64,000 bases of DNA from Eledone cirrhosa (GCA_964016885.1 OZ024740.1:21948001-22012000); one strand, 5' to 3'; positions 11,191 to 25,330 are shown, counted from the stretch's first letter. Notes: generated from the sequence alone by a model not told the origin. Program-made: numbers and translations.

Positions 11191-11797
11191 ATGGTGGCTG
11201 CCAACTCGTTTTCGAGTACGGCCACTACTTTATATCCATGTAGGAGAACCCCTACCAATGCGCTGAACGAGTGTGACTTTTTAGTCCAGCCAGCGACTTG
11301 AAAACTCTGGTACAAACACTACACTTGTGACAATTATTGACACATAGTGCTGGGCCCATGGTACCATGTGACGACAAGTGCAGAGAGATCTCCAGATATA
11401 AAGCAATGCCTGTGCTGTGAAGCTTTTATAGTGAGCAAAGGCACTGCACAAAGCCAGTCCCACTCTCTTAACCAAGATGATATTTACCAAAAAGAAGAAC
11501 AATTCAACATCATTGGATACCATCAGGGTTGCAGGTGTTATATCAGAGTTTTCCTTCTAGAATTCTGCCTTGACAAAGGCTAAGGGGTCATCTCTCCCGG
11601 TGATTTTGGATGGCTATTGACTCTTAAGAGCCCCTTTGCCCTTTGACAGGTTTTGTTTTAGTCCTGCAGGATGTCCAAAGCCACCCTCCTCACCAAGAAA
11701 CCTTGGTGGGGTTGCCAGTTTAGTCGCCAACGACCCGACCATGAGACAGGTTGTACTGGGATACATGTTACCAATAGCACCAACTGGTGACCTGACA
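11191..11797 (-). mobile_element. ~605-bp non-autonomous RTE-like element, copy 1
   Basis: Near-identical copies with the same ends at 31190 and 41521. C2H2 finger [24 protein letters not shown] at 11252-11329. 3' stem-loop GTGGC..CTCG-AAAA-CGAG..GCCAC. Confidence 0.8.
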
Positions 11798-12140
11798 TAT
11801 ATATACACATATATACACATATATATACATATATATACATATATATACATATATATACATATATATACACATATATATACATATATATATATACATATAT
11901 ATATATACATATATATATATACATATATATATATACATATATATATATACATATATATACATATATATATATATACATATATATACATATATATATATAT
12001 ACATATATATACATATACATATATATACATATATATATATACATATATATATATACATATATATATATACATATATATATATACATATACATATATACAT
12101 ATATATATATACATATACATATATACATATATATATATAC

Positions 12141-12197
<57 letters not shown>

Positions 12198-12272
12198 CAT
12201 ATATACATATATACATATATATATATACATATATATATATATACATATATATATATACATATATATATATAC

Positions 12273-12303
<31 letters not shown>

Positions 12304-12886
12304 CATATATATATATACATATATATATATATACATATATATATATACATATACATATATATATATACATATATATATATACATATATATACATATATAT
12401 ATATACATATATATATATACATATATATATATACATATATATATATACATATATATATATAGATATATATATATACATATATATACATATATATATATAC
12501 ATATATATATACATATATATATATACACATATATATATACATATATATATATACATATATATATATACATATATATATACATATATATATATACATATAT
12601 ATATACATATATATATATACATATATATATACATATATATATACATATATATATATACATATATATATATACATATATATATACATATATATATACATAT
12701 ATATATATACATATATATATATATACATATATATACATATATACATATATATATATACATATATATATATACATATATATATATACATATATATATATAC
12801 ATATATATATATACATATATATATATACATATATATATATACATATACATATATACATATACATATATATATATACATATACATAT

Positions 12887-12917
<31 letters not shown>

Positions 12918-12918
12918 C
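11797..12918. repeat. (TA)n/(TACA) microsatellite, ~1.1 kb
   Basis: Direct inspection. Confidence 0.97.
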
Positions 12919-13560
12919 ATGCTCCGATGGATGTGTAATAGTAATATATGCGAACGACAAAGCATAAATGAATTGAGAGAGAGACTGAGCATAAGAGGAA
13001 TCAAATGCTGTGTGCAGGAGAGGCGGTTGCGTTGGTATGGACATGTGATGCGTATGAAGGATGACAGCTGCATAAAAAGGTGCAGAGCACTAGAAGTCGA
13101 TGGAAACCGCGGAGTGGGGAGACCCAAGATGACTTGGGATGAGGTGATAAAACCCGGCCTTACCCAATTACACCTCTCAAAGGCGATGAGACACGACCGT
13201 GACCTGTGGCGTCACGCAGTAATACAGGGTACCCGACCACCCATGGGTACAAGCTGAAGCATATAGACAATATGCCCCCCCCCCCCCACTGCAAGGTGGT
13301 CGTGGAGGTGCCACGGCAAAAAAGCACCCAGCCCACACTGTAAAGTGGACGTGTAGGCGCCACGAAAAAGCACCCAGCACTCACTGTAAATGAGGTTGGT
13401 GTTAGGAAGGGCATCCAGCTGTAGAAATCAAGCCAAATCAGTTCCTGTCTGAGCAAGGCATGGTCAGCCAACCAGACACTGCCCTCAACAGGACAACCCG
13501 TCTAACCCATGCTAGCGTGGAAGAACGGACGTAAAACGGTGATGATGATGATGATGATGA
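12918..13560 (+). mobile_element. RTE LINE 3' fragment (family C)
   Basis: MLRWMCNSN...[12 protein letters not shown]...GRPKMTW, 3' UTR and (GAT)n tail. Confidence 0.9.
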
Positions 13561-13604
13561 TATATATATATACATGTATATATACATATATATATATATA
13601 CATG

Positions 13605-13636
<32 letters not shown>

Positions 13637-13682
13637 CATACATATATATATACATATATATATACATATATATATATACATG

Positions 13683-13726
<44 letters not shown>

Positions 13727-13750
13727 CATATACATATATATATATACATG

Positions 13751-13794
<44 letters not shown>

Positions 13795-13795
13795 C

Positions 13796-13857
<62 letters not shown>

Positions 13858-13858
<1 letters not shown>

Positions 13859-13995
13859 GGCTTCCTGGTGATGCCTGCCGAATGAAACAGTTCTAGCCCT
13901 GTAGAAGCCATTTCTAAATTAAATATTTAAGCTCTGCTATGTATTGAGTACTTTACTTACACTGGTTACCCCTGACTGAACCCGAGATAAACACA
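13858..13995 (+). mobile_element. PLE-like terminal remnant (family also at 55868-56000)
   Basis: Shares GAATGAAACAGT..CCTGTAGAAGCCATTT and ATGTATTGAGTAC..TGGTTACCCCTGA with 55868-56000. Confidence 0.55.
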
Positions 13996-13996
13996 T

Positions 13997-14686
13997 TATA
14001 AAGGCTACTAAATGAGGAGAATAAATGGGAGAAAGACAGTCTCCCCCACATCGATCCAATAGAGGGACCAGCAGTGCGAGTTGAAGGTAGTATAATAAGT
14101 AAGGCAATCAAAGATATGAAGACGGGTAAGGCGGCCGGGCCTTCGGAAATAGTTGCCGAGATGCTGAAAGCATCTGGAACGGTGGGACACACTATGGTCA
14201 CCCGGATAGTAAACCAAGTCATACAGAATGGGGCCGTTCCGAAGGACTGGTGTAGCAGCATCAGGGGAAACTATAGAGGCATTAAATTAATCAACCAGGT
14301 CATGAAGGTCAAAGAAAAAGTAATAGCGCAACTAATCAGAGAACGAATTGATCTAGATGAAATGCAGTTCGGGTTTGTGTCAGGTAAAAGTACCACAGAC
14401 GCTCTTTTCATTGTACGACAACTACAACAGAAGTACCGAGCTAAAAGTAAACCCTTATACTTAGCTTTTGTTGACTTGGAGAAAGCCTTTGACAGAGTCC
14501 CCCGTTCCATTATCTGGTGGGCGCTTAGAAATCTAGGTGTTGATGAATGGTTTGTGAGAGCTATTCAAGCCATGTATAAAGAAACAGTCAGCAAGGTTAG
14601 AATTAACAACGAATATAGTGAAGAGTTTAGCGTAAAAGTTGGTGTTCATCAGGGCTCCGTCCTTAGCCCCCTCCTATTTATTATTC
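13997..14686 (+). mobile_element. RTE LINE internal RT fragment (family A) with an internal deletion
   Basis: KTGKAAGPSEI...FVDLEKAFDRVP...GVHQGSVLSPLLF. Matches 37120-37848 but lacks the [13 protein letters not shown] segment. Confidence 0.92.
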
Positions 14687-14950
14687 CCTTCAGGCTATCG
14701 GTCGCAACTCCAGGTAGAAGGAGCAACGTGAAATAAAGTGTCTTGCTCAACACACACACATATATATATAGATATACACATATAGATATATATATATATA
14801 CACTGACACGCAACTACATATATATTTTCTGTTTATTTGTCTTATTTGGTCTTTTATTTTGCCAGGCCAGCGTTTCCTCTTAGCCCAATTTAGAACAAAA
14901 CTACCACAGAGCATCCGCTCTCTAAACAATATCATGTTGCTCCTTCTGCT

Positions 14951-15652
14951 GGTGATGGTGGTGGTGGTGGTGATGGTGATGGTGGTGGTGGTGATGGTGG
15001 TGATGGTGGTGGTGGTGGTGGCGGTGGTGGTGGTGGTGGTGGTGGTGGTGATGGTGATGGTGCCAGTTGTGGTGATGGTGGTGGTGGTGATGGTGGTGGT
15101 GATGGTGGTGGTGGTGATGGTGGTGATGGTGGTGGTAGTTGTGATGGTGGTGATGGTGTTGGTGGTTGTGATGGTGGTGGTGGTGTTGGTGGTGGAGGTG
15201 GTGGTGATGGAGGTGGTGGTGGTGATGGTGGTGGTGGTGGTGATGGTGGTGGTGGTGGTGGTGGTGATGGTGGTGTTGGTGGTGGTGGTGGTGATGGTGG
15301 TGGTGGTGGTGGTGGTGGTAATGCTGGTGGGGGTGGTGGTGATGGTAGTGTGATGGTGGTGATGGTGGTGGTGATGGTGGTGGTGGTGATGGTGGTGGTG
15401 GTGGTGATGGTGGTGATGGTGGTGGTGATGATGGTGGTGGTGGTGATAGTGGTGGTGGTGGGGGTGGTGTTGCTACTGGTGGTGGTGTTACTGGTGGTGG
15501 TGGTAGTGGTTGTGGTGCTGTTGCTGGTGGTGGTGTTGCTGGTGGTGGTGGTTGTGGTGCTACAGCTGGTGGTGGTGGTGGTCGTTGTAGTGGTGATGGT
15601 GGTGGTGGTGGTTGTAAAGGTGGTGGTGGTGGTTGTAAAGGTGGTGGTGGTG
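14951..15652. repeat. (GGT/GAT)n trinucleotide array
   Basis: Direct inspection. Confidence 0.95.
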
Positions 15653-15769
15653 CTGCTCTCTCTGTGCAGCTGCTGTTGGTACCACAACTACCAACATTGC
15701 TACGGTGCTACTGTAGATGTTGACAGTCACTAGGAAGACATGGCATGTGAATGGTTAATATTGTTAATA

Positions 15770-18700
15770 CAGCACCACCAAGAACAACACTACTACCACC
15801 ACCACCAAGAACAACAGTACCACTACTACCACCACCACCAAGAACAACAGTACCACTACAACCACCACCACCAAGAACAACAGTACTACCACCACCACCA
15901 AGAACAACAGTACCACTACCACCACCACCAACAACAACACTACTACCACCGCCAAGAACAACAGTACCACTACCACCACCACCACCAAGAACAACAGTAC
16001 CACTACAACCACCACCATCAAGAACAACAGTACTACCACCACCACCAAGAACAACAGTACCACTACCACCACCACCAACAACAACAACGCTACTACCACC
16101 ACCACCAAGAACAACACTACCACCACCAAGAACAACAGTACCACTACCAAGAACAACACTACCACCACCACCACCAAGAACAACACTACCACTACCAAGA
16201 ACAACAGTACCACCACCACCACCAAGAACAACACCACCACTACCAAGCACAACACTACCACTACCACCACCAAGAACAACACTACCACTACCACCACCAT
16301 GAACAACAGTACCACTACCACCACCAAGAACAACAGTACCACCACCAAGCACAACACTACCACTACCACCACCAAGAACAACACTACCACCACCACCACC
16401 AAGAACAACAGTACCACCACCACCACCAAGAACAACAGTACCACCACCACCACCAAGAACAACACTACCACCACCAAGAACAACACCACCACTACCAAGA
16501 ACAACACTACCACTACCAAGAACAACACTACCACTACCAAGAACAACACTACCACTACCACCACCAAGAACAACAGTACCACTACCACCACCAAGAACAA
16601 CACTACCACTACCACCACCAAGAACAACACTACCACTACCAAGAACAACACTACCACTACCAAGAACAACACTACCACTACCACCACCAAGAACAACAGT
16701 ACCACTACCACCACCAAGAACAACACTACCACTACCACTACCAAGAACAACACTACCACTACCAAGAACAACACTACCACTACCAAGAACAACACTACCA
16801 CTACCACCACCAAGAACAACACTACCACCACCAAGAACAACACTACCACTACCAAGAACAACACTACCACTACCAAGAACAACACTACCACTACCACCAC
16901 CAAGAACAACACTACTACCACCAAGAACAACACTACCACCACCAAGAACAACACTACCACTACCAAGAACAACACTACCACTACCAAGAACAACACTACC
17001 ACTACCACCACCAAGAACAACACTACTACCACCAAGAACAACACTACCACCACCAAGAACAACACTACCACTACCACTACCAAGAACAACAGTACCACCA
17101 CCACCACCAAGAACAACACTACCACTACCAAGAACAACACTACCACTACCAAGAACAACAGTACCACCACCACCACCAAGAACAACACTACCACCACCAA
17201 GAACAACACTACCACTACCACTACCAAGAACAACAGTACCACCACCACCACCAAGAACAACACTACCACTACCAAGAACAACACTACCACCACCACCACC
17301 AAGAACAACACTACCACTACCAAGAACAACAGTACCACTACCACCAGCAAGAACAACACTACCACTACCACCACCACCACCAAGAACAACACTACCACCA
17401 CCAAGAACAATAGTACCACTACCACCACCAAGAACAACACTACCACTACCAAGAACAACACTACCACTACCACCACCAAGAACAACAGTACCACCACCAA
17501 GAACAACACTACCACCACCAAGAACAATAGTACCACCACCACCACCAAGAACAACAGTACCACTACCACCAGCACCACCAAGAACAACACTACCACTACC
17601 AAGAACAACAGTACCACTACCACCACCACCAAGAACAACACTACCACCACCAAGAACAATAGTACCACTACCACCACCAAGAACAACACTACCACTACCA
17701 AGAACAACACTACCACTACCACCACCAAGAACAACAGTACCACCACCAAGAACAACACTACCACCACCAAGAACAATAGTACCACCACCACCACCAAGAA
17801 CAACAGTACCACTACCACCAGCACCACCAAGAACAACACTACCACTACCAAGAACAACAGTACCACCACCACCACCAAGAACAACAGTACCACTACCACC
17901 AGCACCACCAAGAACAACAGTACCACCACCAAGAACAACAGTACCACTACCACCACCAAGAACAACACTACCACTACCACCAAGAACAACACTACCACCA
18001 CCACCACCAAGAACAACACTACCACCACCAAGAACAACACTACCACCACCAAGAACAACAGTACCACTACCACTACCACCACCAAGAACAACACTACCAC
18101 CACCAAGAACAACAGTACCACTACCACCACCAAGAACAACACTACTACCACCAAGAACAACACTACCACCACCAAGAACAACAGTACCACTACCACTACC
18201 ACCACCAAGAACAACACTACCACCACCAAGAACAACAGTACCACTACCACCACCAAGAACAACACTACTACCACCAAGAACAACACTACCACCACCAAGA
18301 ACAACAGTACCACTACCACCACCAAGAACAACACTACCACCACCACCACCAAGAACAACACTACCACCACCAAGACCAACACTACCACCACCAAGAACAA
18401 CAGTACCACCACCAAGAACAACACTACCACCACCAAGAACAACACTACCACCACCAAGAACAACACTACCACCACCAAGAACAACACTACCACCACCAAG
18501 AACAACAGTACCACTACCACTACCACCACCAAGAACAACACTACCACCACCAAGAACAACACTACCACCACCACCACCAAGAACAACACTACCACCACCA
18601 AGAACAACACTACCACCACCAAGAACAACAGTACCACTACCACTACCACCACCAAGAACAACACTACCACCACCAAGAACAACACTACCACCACCAAGAA

Positions 18701-21700
18701 CAACAGTACCACTACCACTACCAAGAACAACACTACCACCACCAAGAACAACACTACCACCACCAAGAACAACAGTACCACTACCACCACCACCACCAAA
18801 ACAACAGTACCACCACCAAGAACAACACTACCACTACCACCACCAAGAATAACAGTACCACTACCACCACCAAGAACAACACTACCACTACCACCACCAA
18901 GAACAACACCACCACTACCAAAACAACAGTACCACTACCACCACCTAGAACAATAGTACCACCACCACCACCACCAAGAACAACACCACCACTACCAAAA
19001 CAACAGTACCACTACCACTACCAAGAACAACACTACCACCACCAAGAACAACACTACCACCACCAAGAACAACACTACCACTACCACCACCAAAATAACA
19101 GTACCACTACCACCACCTAGAACAATAGTACTACCACCACCACCAAGAACAACACTACCACCACCACCAAGAACAACAGTACCACTACCACCACCAAGAA
19201 CAACACTACCACTACCAAGAACAACACTACCACTACCAAGAACAACACTACCACTACAACAACACTACCACTACCACTACCACCACCAAGAACAACACTA
19301 CCACCACCAAGAACAATAGTACCACTACCACCACCAAGAACAACACTACTACCACCAAGAACAACACTACCACTACCAAGAACAACACTACCACCACCAA
19401 GAACAACACTACCACTACCAAGAACAACACTACCACTACAACAACACTACCACTACCACCACCACCACCACCAAGAACAACACTACCACTACCAAGAACA
19501 ACACTACCACTACAACAACACTACCACTACCACTACCACCACCAAGAACAACACTACCACCACCAAGAACAATAGTACCACTACCAAGAACAACACTACC
19601 ACTACAACAACACTACCACTACCACCACCACCACCAAGAACAACACTACCACCACCAAGAACAATAGTACCACTACCAAGAACAACACTACCACTACAAC
19701 AACACTACCACTACCACCACCACCACCAAGAACAACACTTCCACCACCAAGAACAATAGTACCACTACCAAGAACAACACTACCACTACAACAACACTAC
19801 CACTACCACCACCACCACCAAGAACAACACTACCACCACCAAGAACAATAGTACCACTACCAAGAACAACACTACCACTACAACAACACTACCACTACCA
19901 CCACCACCACCAAGAACAACACTACCACCACCAAGAACAACACTACCACCACCAAGAACAACACTACCACCACCAAGAACAACACTACCACCACCAAGAA
20001 CAACACTACCACCACCAAGAACAATAGTACCACTACCAAGAACAACACTACCACTACAACAACACTACCACTACCACCACCACCACCAAGAACAACACTA
20101 CCACCACCAAGAACAACACTACCACCACCAAGAACAACACTACCACCACCAAGAACAACACTACCACCACCAAGAACAACACTACCACCACCAAGAACAA
20201 TAGTACCACTACCAAGAACAACACTACCACTACAACAACACTACCACTACCACCACCACCACCAAGAACAACACTACCACCACCAAGAACAATAGTACCA
20301 CTACCAAGAACAACACTACCACTACAACAACACTACCACTACCACCACCAAGAACAACACTACCACCACCAAGAACAACACTACCACTACCAAGAACAAC
20401 ACTACCACCACCAAGAACAATAGTACCACTACCAAGAACAACACTACCACTACAACAACACTACCACTACCACCACCACCACCAAGAACAACACTACCAC
20501 CACCAAGAACAACACTACCACCACCAAGAACAATAGTACCACTACCAAGAACAACACTACCACTACAACAACACTACCACTACCACCACCACCACCAAGA
20601 ACAACACTACCACCACCAAGAACAACACTACCACCACCAAGAACAATAGTACCACTACCAAGAACAACACTACCACTACAACAACACTACCACTACCACC
20701 ACCACCACCAAGAACAACACTACCACCACCAAGAACAACACTACCACTACCAAGAACAACACTACCACCACCAAGAACAATAGTACCACTACCAAGAACA
20801 ACACTACCACTACAACAACACTACCACTACCACCACCACCACCAAGAACAACACTACCACCACCAAGAACAACACTACCACCACCAAGAACAATAGTACC
20901 ACTACCAAGAACAACACTACCACTACAACAACACTACCACTACCACCACCACCACCAAGAACAACACTACCACTACCAAGAACAACACTACCACTACAAC
21001 AACACTACCACTACCACTACCAAGAACAACACTACCACCACCAAGAACAACACTACCACTACCAAGAACAACACTACCACTACAACAACACTACCACTAC
21101 CACCACCAAGAACAACACTACCACCACCAAGAACAACACTACCACTACCAAGAACAACACTACCACCACCAAGAACAATAGTACCACTACCAAGAACAAC
21201 ACTACCACTACAACAACACTACCACTACCACCACCACCACCAAGAACAACACTACCACCACCAAGAACAACACTACCACCACCAAGAACAATAGTACCAC
21301 TACCAAGAACAACACTACCACTACAACAACACTACCACTACCACCACCACCACCAAGAACAACACTACCACCACCAAGAACAACACTACCACCACCAAGA
21401 ACAATAGTACCACTACCAAGAACAACACTACCACTACAACAACACTACCACTACCACCACCACCACCAAGAACAACACTACCACCACCAAGAACAACACT
21501 ACCACTACCAAGAACAACACTACCACCACCAAGAACAATAGTACCACTACCAAGAACAACACTACCACTACAACAACACTACCACTACCACCACCACCAC
21601 CAAGAACAACACTACCACCACCAAGAACAATAGTACCACTACCAAGAACAACACTACCACTACAACAACACTACCACTACCACCACCACCACCAAGAACA

Positions 21701-23160
21701 ACACTACCACCACCAAGAACAACACTACCACCACCAAGAACAATAGTACCACTACCAAGAACAACACTACCACTACAACAACACTACCACTACCACCACC
21801 ACCACCAAGAACAACACTACCACCACCAAGAACAATAGTACCACTACCAAGAACAACACTACCACTACAACAACACTACCACTACCACTACCACCACCAA
21901 GAACAACACTACCACTACCAAGAACAACACTACCACCACCACCACCAAGAACAACAGTACCACTACCACCACCAAGAACAACAGTACCACCACCAAGAAC
22001 AACACTACCACTACAACAACACTACCACTACCACCACCACCACCAAGAACAACACTACCACCACCAAGAACAATAGTACCACTACCAAGAACAACACTAC
22101 CACTACAACAACACTACCACTACCACCACCACCACCAAGAACAACACTACCACCACCAAGAACAACACTACCACCACCAAGAACAATAGTACCACTACCA
22201 AGAACAACACTACCACTACAACAACACTACCACTACCACCACCACCACCAAGAACAACACTACCACCACCAAGAACAATAGTACCACTACCAAGAACAAC
22301 ACTACCACTACAACAACACTACCACTACCACTACCACTACCACCACCAAGAACAACACTACCACTATCAAGAACAACACTACCACCACCACCACCAAGAA
22401 CAACAGTACCACCACCACCACCAAGAACAACAGTACCACCACCAAGAACAACACTACCACTACCAACACCAAGAACAACAGTACCACTACCAAGAACAAC
22501 ACTACCACCACCACCACCAAGAACAACACTACCACCACCACCACCAAGAACAATAGTACCACCACCACCACCACCAAGAACAACAGTACCACCACCAAGA
22601 ACAACACTACCACTACCAACACCAAGAACAACAGTACCACTACCACCACCACCACCAAAACAACAGTACCACTACCAAGAACACCACCACCACCACCACC
22701 ACCAAGAACAACACTACCACTACCACCACCAAGAACAACACTACCACCACCAAGAACAACACTACCACTACCAACACCAAGAACAACAGTACCACTACCA
22801 CCACCACCACCAAAACAACAGTACCACTACCAAGAACAACACCACCACCACCAAGAACAACACTACCACCAGCAAGAACAACACTACCACTACCAAGAAC
22901 ACCACCACCACCACCACCAAGAACAACACTACCACTACCACCACCAAGAATAACAGTATCACTACCACCACCAAGAACAATAGTACCACTACCACCACCA
23001 ACAACACTACCACCACCAAGAACAACACTACCACCACCAAAATAACACTACCACTACCACCACCTAGAACAATAGTACCACTACCACCACCAACAACACT
23101 ACCACCACCAAGAACAACACCACCACCACCACTACCAAAACAACAACACCCCCCTCCCAA
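15770..23160. repeat. 7.4-kb satellite on a 21-bp unit CCACCACCAAGAACAACACTA with higher-order periods
   Basis: AATAGTACC marker at 19571, 19663, 19755 and 19847 (92-bp period). Sequence from 20401 repeats identically 360 bp later. Confidence 0.95.
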
Positions 23161-23249
23161 CCATTACCAAGAAAAAGGAGAAGAACAACAATGCTAAGAA
23201 GAGTTTGAATCCTGATGAAGGTTCTTGAAACAAACATATATATATATAT

Positions 23250-23560
23250 TCATCATCACCACCGTTTTACGTCCGTTTTTCCACGCTAACATAGGTTAGA
23301 CGGGTTGTCCTGTTGTGGGCAGTGTCCAGTCGGCTGACCATGTCTTGTTCATACGGGAACTGATTCTGGCTAGATATCTACAGCTGGATGCCCTTCCTAA
23401 TACCAACCTGATTTACAGTGAGTGCTGGGAGCTTTCTTTCCGTGGCGCCTACACGTCCACTTTACAGTGTGGGCTGGGTACTTTTTTGCCGTGGCACCTC
23501 CTTGACCACTTTGCAGTGGGAGGGGGTGGAGGCATATTGTCTATATGCTTCAGCTTTGGC
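23250..23560 (-). mobile_element. RTE 3' UTR/tail fragment (family C)
   Basis: Reverse complement of 13250-13560. Confidence 0.85.
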
Positions 23561-23929
23561 TTGTATGATGATGATGATGATGATGATATATAACAGTTGA
23601 TCGATAAGATCCCAAACCGCATTTGCTTCACGAGGAAACAATGTTTCCATTGGTCTTTCCAGTTGCTAATACTATCTATCGGTCGCAACTCCAGGTAGAA
23701 GGAGCAACATGAAATATAGTGTCTTGTTCAAGGACATAACGTATTGCCCAGTCCAGGAATTGAACTCACAACCTCACAATTGCGAATCCAAATCTCAGCC
23801 ACATGTACATAGATCCTGAGCCACCCATCTGTGAAACAGTTGTAACTGTATATAATCAATAAAGACCTTAATGTGAAACCACACTTTGTTTTTAATATAT
23901 ATATCAGTATCAGTAGAGAGTCGGACATC

Positions 23930-24105
23930 ATGCTTTATGGTATAGAGTTACGTCCCTTTACGATCTAAGATCAAATCCTGCCGAGGTTAGCTTTGCGTTT
24001 CATCCTTACAGGGTCGATAAAATATAATACGAGTAATGCACTGGAGTCGATTTAATGGACTTTCACCTTTCTTAAAATTGTTGGCCTTGGGTCTAAATCA
24101 TAAAC
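23930..24105 (+). mobile_element. Meta/MESC-like SINE
   Basis: GAGGTTAGCTTTGCGTTTCATCCTTACAGGGTCGATAAAAT core. Confidence 0.75.
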
Positions 24106-24211
24106 CTATGTATATATATATAGGTATGTAAAAGGTAAACAGAAATAACACAATCGCTACAGTATATGGAAGGTATATATTAGGTTAACGCTTGATATAG
24201 CAGGAAGAAGG

Positions 24212-24247
24212 TCTTAACGTTTCGGACGCTAGTCTTTCATCAGAAGA
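24212..24247 (-). ncRNA. Minimal type-I hammerhead (AACGTT type) in a PLE-like remnant (24122-24332)
   Basis: Minus strand TCTT-CTGATGA-AAGAC-TAGC-GTCC-GAAACGTT-AAGA: 4-bp stem I, palindromic AACGTT in place of stem III. Confidence 0.8.
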
Positions 24248-24341
24248 AAGAATGAGAAATAAGATAGATTGGGGGGATGGGCGGGTTGGAATTGGAAAAA
24301 ATGTCTTTAGATAAAAATATTGACATCTGATGATAATATTT

Positions 24342-24372
<31 letters not shown>

Positions 24373-24513
24373 TTAAAAGTTAAACAAGGTTCAATGAATA
24401 CATCAAAGAATGAGTTTTACAATAGATTGGAAGCACTCGACAGCAAAGGTTTTCCAGAGTTATTAATATTAATTCAAAATATTAACAAAATAGATATTCT
24501 TGTGATCAATTAT

Positions 24514-24578
24514 ATTTTATTATACATATTTCAGAGGTACTGAGTTAGGTTCAACAGTACGTTTTCATCAGATAAAAT
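24514..24578 (-). ncRNA. Minimal type-I hammerhead in a PLE-like remnant (~24372-24660)
   Basis: Minus strand ATTTTAT-CTGATGA-aaac-GTACTG...CAGTAC-ctct-GAAA-T-ATGT-A-TA-ATAAAAT, with a 7-bp stem I. Confidence 0.75.
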
Positions 24579-25177
24579 AAAATGATACATGACATACCCT
24601 GACATATTAGATGGTTAATATAATCTAATGATCAAAAGAAAATGAAAGTTATAAATCTGTACCTTGGATTGTGATTATCATTGTATAAGTTGTTTTCAAT
24701 TGTTTGTTTAATCATTATCCATTCAATCGTTCACGGATGAACTTTACACACACACACACAAACATGTATATTGACGTGTGAAAGCAAACAAAAGAATGAT
24801 ATTCCTAAAGTACAGCTTCATTCTATTGATCTTTTGTTTGACTGTACACATCAATGTTAAGGAATGGCATGGTGTAAATTGCAATAGCTGTGTTTGTAAA
24901 TAATCATCTTATTGTAGAAATCAACTGATATTTATGATACGCGAGGAAGGTCATTTAAAAATATTCTTGAGAAAGATTCTAGGCATGTTTCTGCATGCAT
25001 GATCCCATAATTTTTGATGGAATCGTAGGTGTAACGTATTGACACACAACATTTCTAGGGTATTTTTAAAGCTGGAAGAGCCCAATACTCTTCAGGTTTG
25101 AATACAGCCAATTTTATTCCGGAGAAGAATAGAGAGGGTGAAAGAATGAAAGTGAGAAAGAGATATAGAAGAAGAAC

Positions 25178-25330
25178 CGATCCCAGTACTAGACTGGTAT
25201 ATTTCTTATCAACCTAGAATGGATGAAAGGCAAAGTTGACCTCGCTGGGATTTGAACTCAGAGATCAGAGAGTCAAACCAAATACTGCAAAGCATTCTGA
25301 TGTTCTAATTACTGCCAATTCATCACTTAG
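25178..25330 (-). mobile_element. Meta/MESC-like SINE, degenerate
   Basis: GGATGAAAGGCAAAGTTGACCTCG..GGGATTTGAACTCAG. Confidence 0.7.

Noticed and set aside
11281-11583. Recurrent 78-80 aa ORFs in the three 605-bp copies
   Set aside because: Conservation is explained by recent copy identity, and there is no recognisable domain.
15740-18956. 557-1011 aa His/Gln-rich, Thr/Asn mucin-like and poly-Val ORFs
   Set aside because: Satellite units are multiples of 3 and open in several frames. There is no unique domain, and the same array continues beyond the ORF ends.
23212-23235. CTGATGA-AGGTTCTT-GAAAC hammerhead-like core
   Set aside because: No NUH cleavage site or stem I partner follows. At best a truncated remnant.
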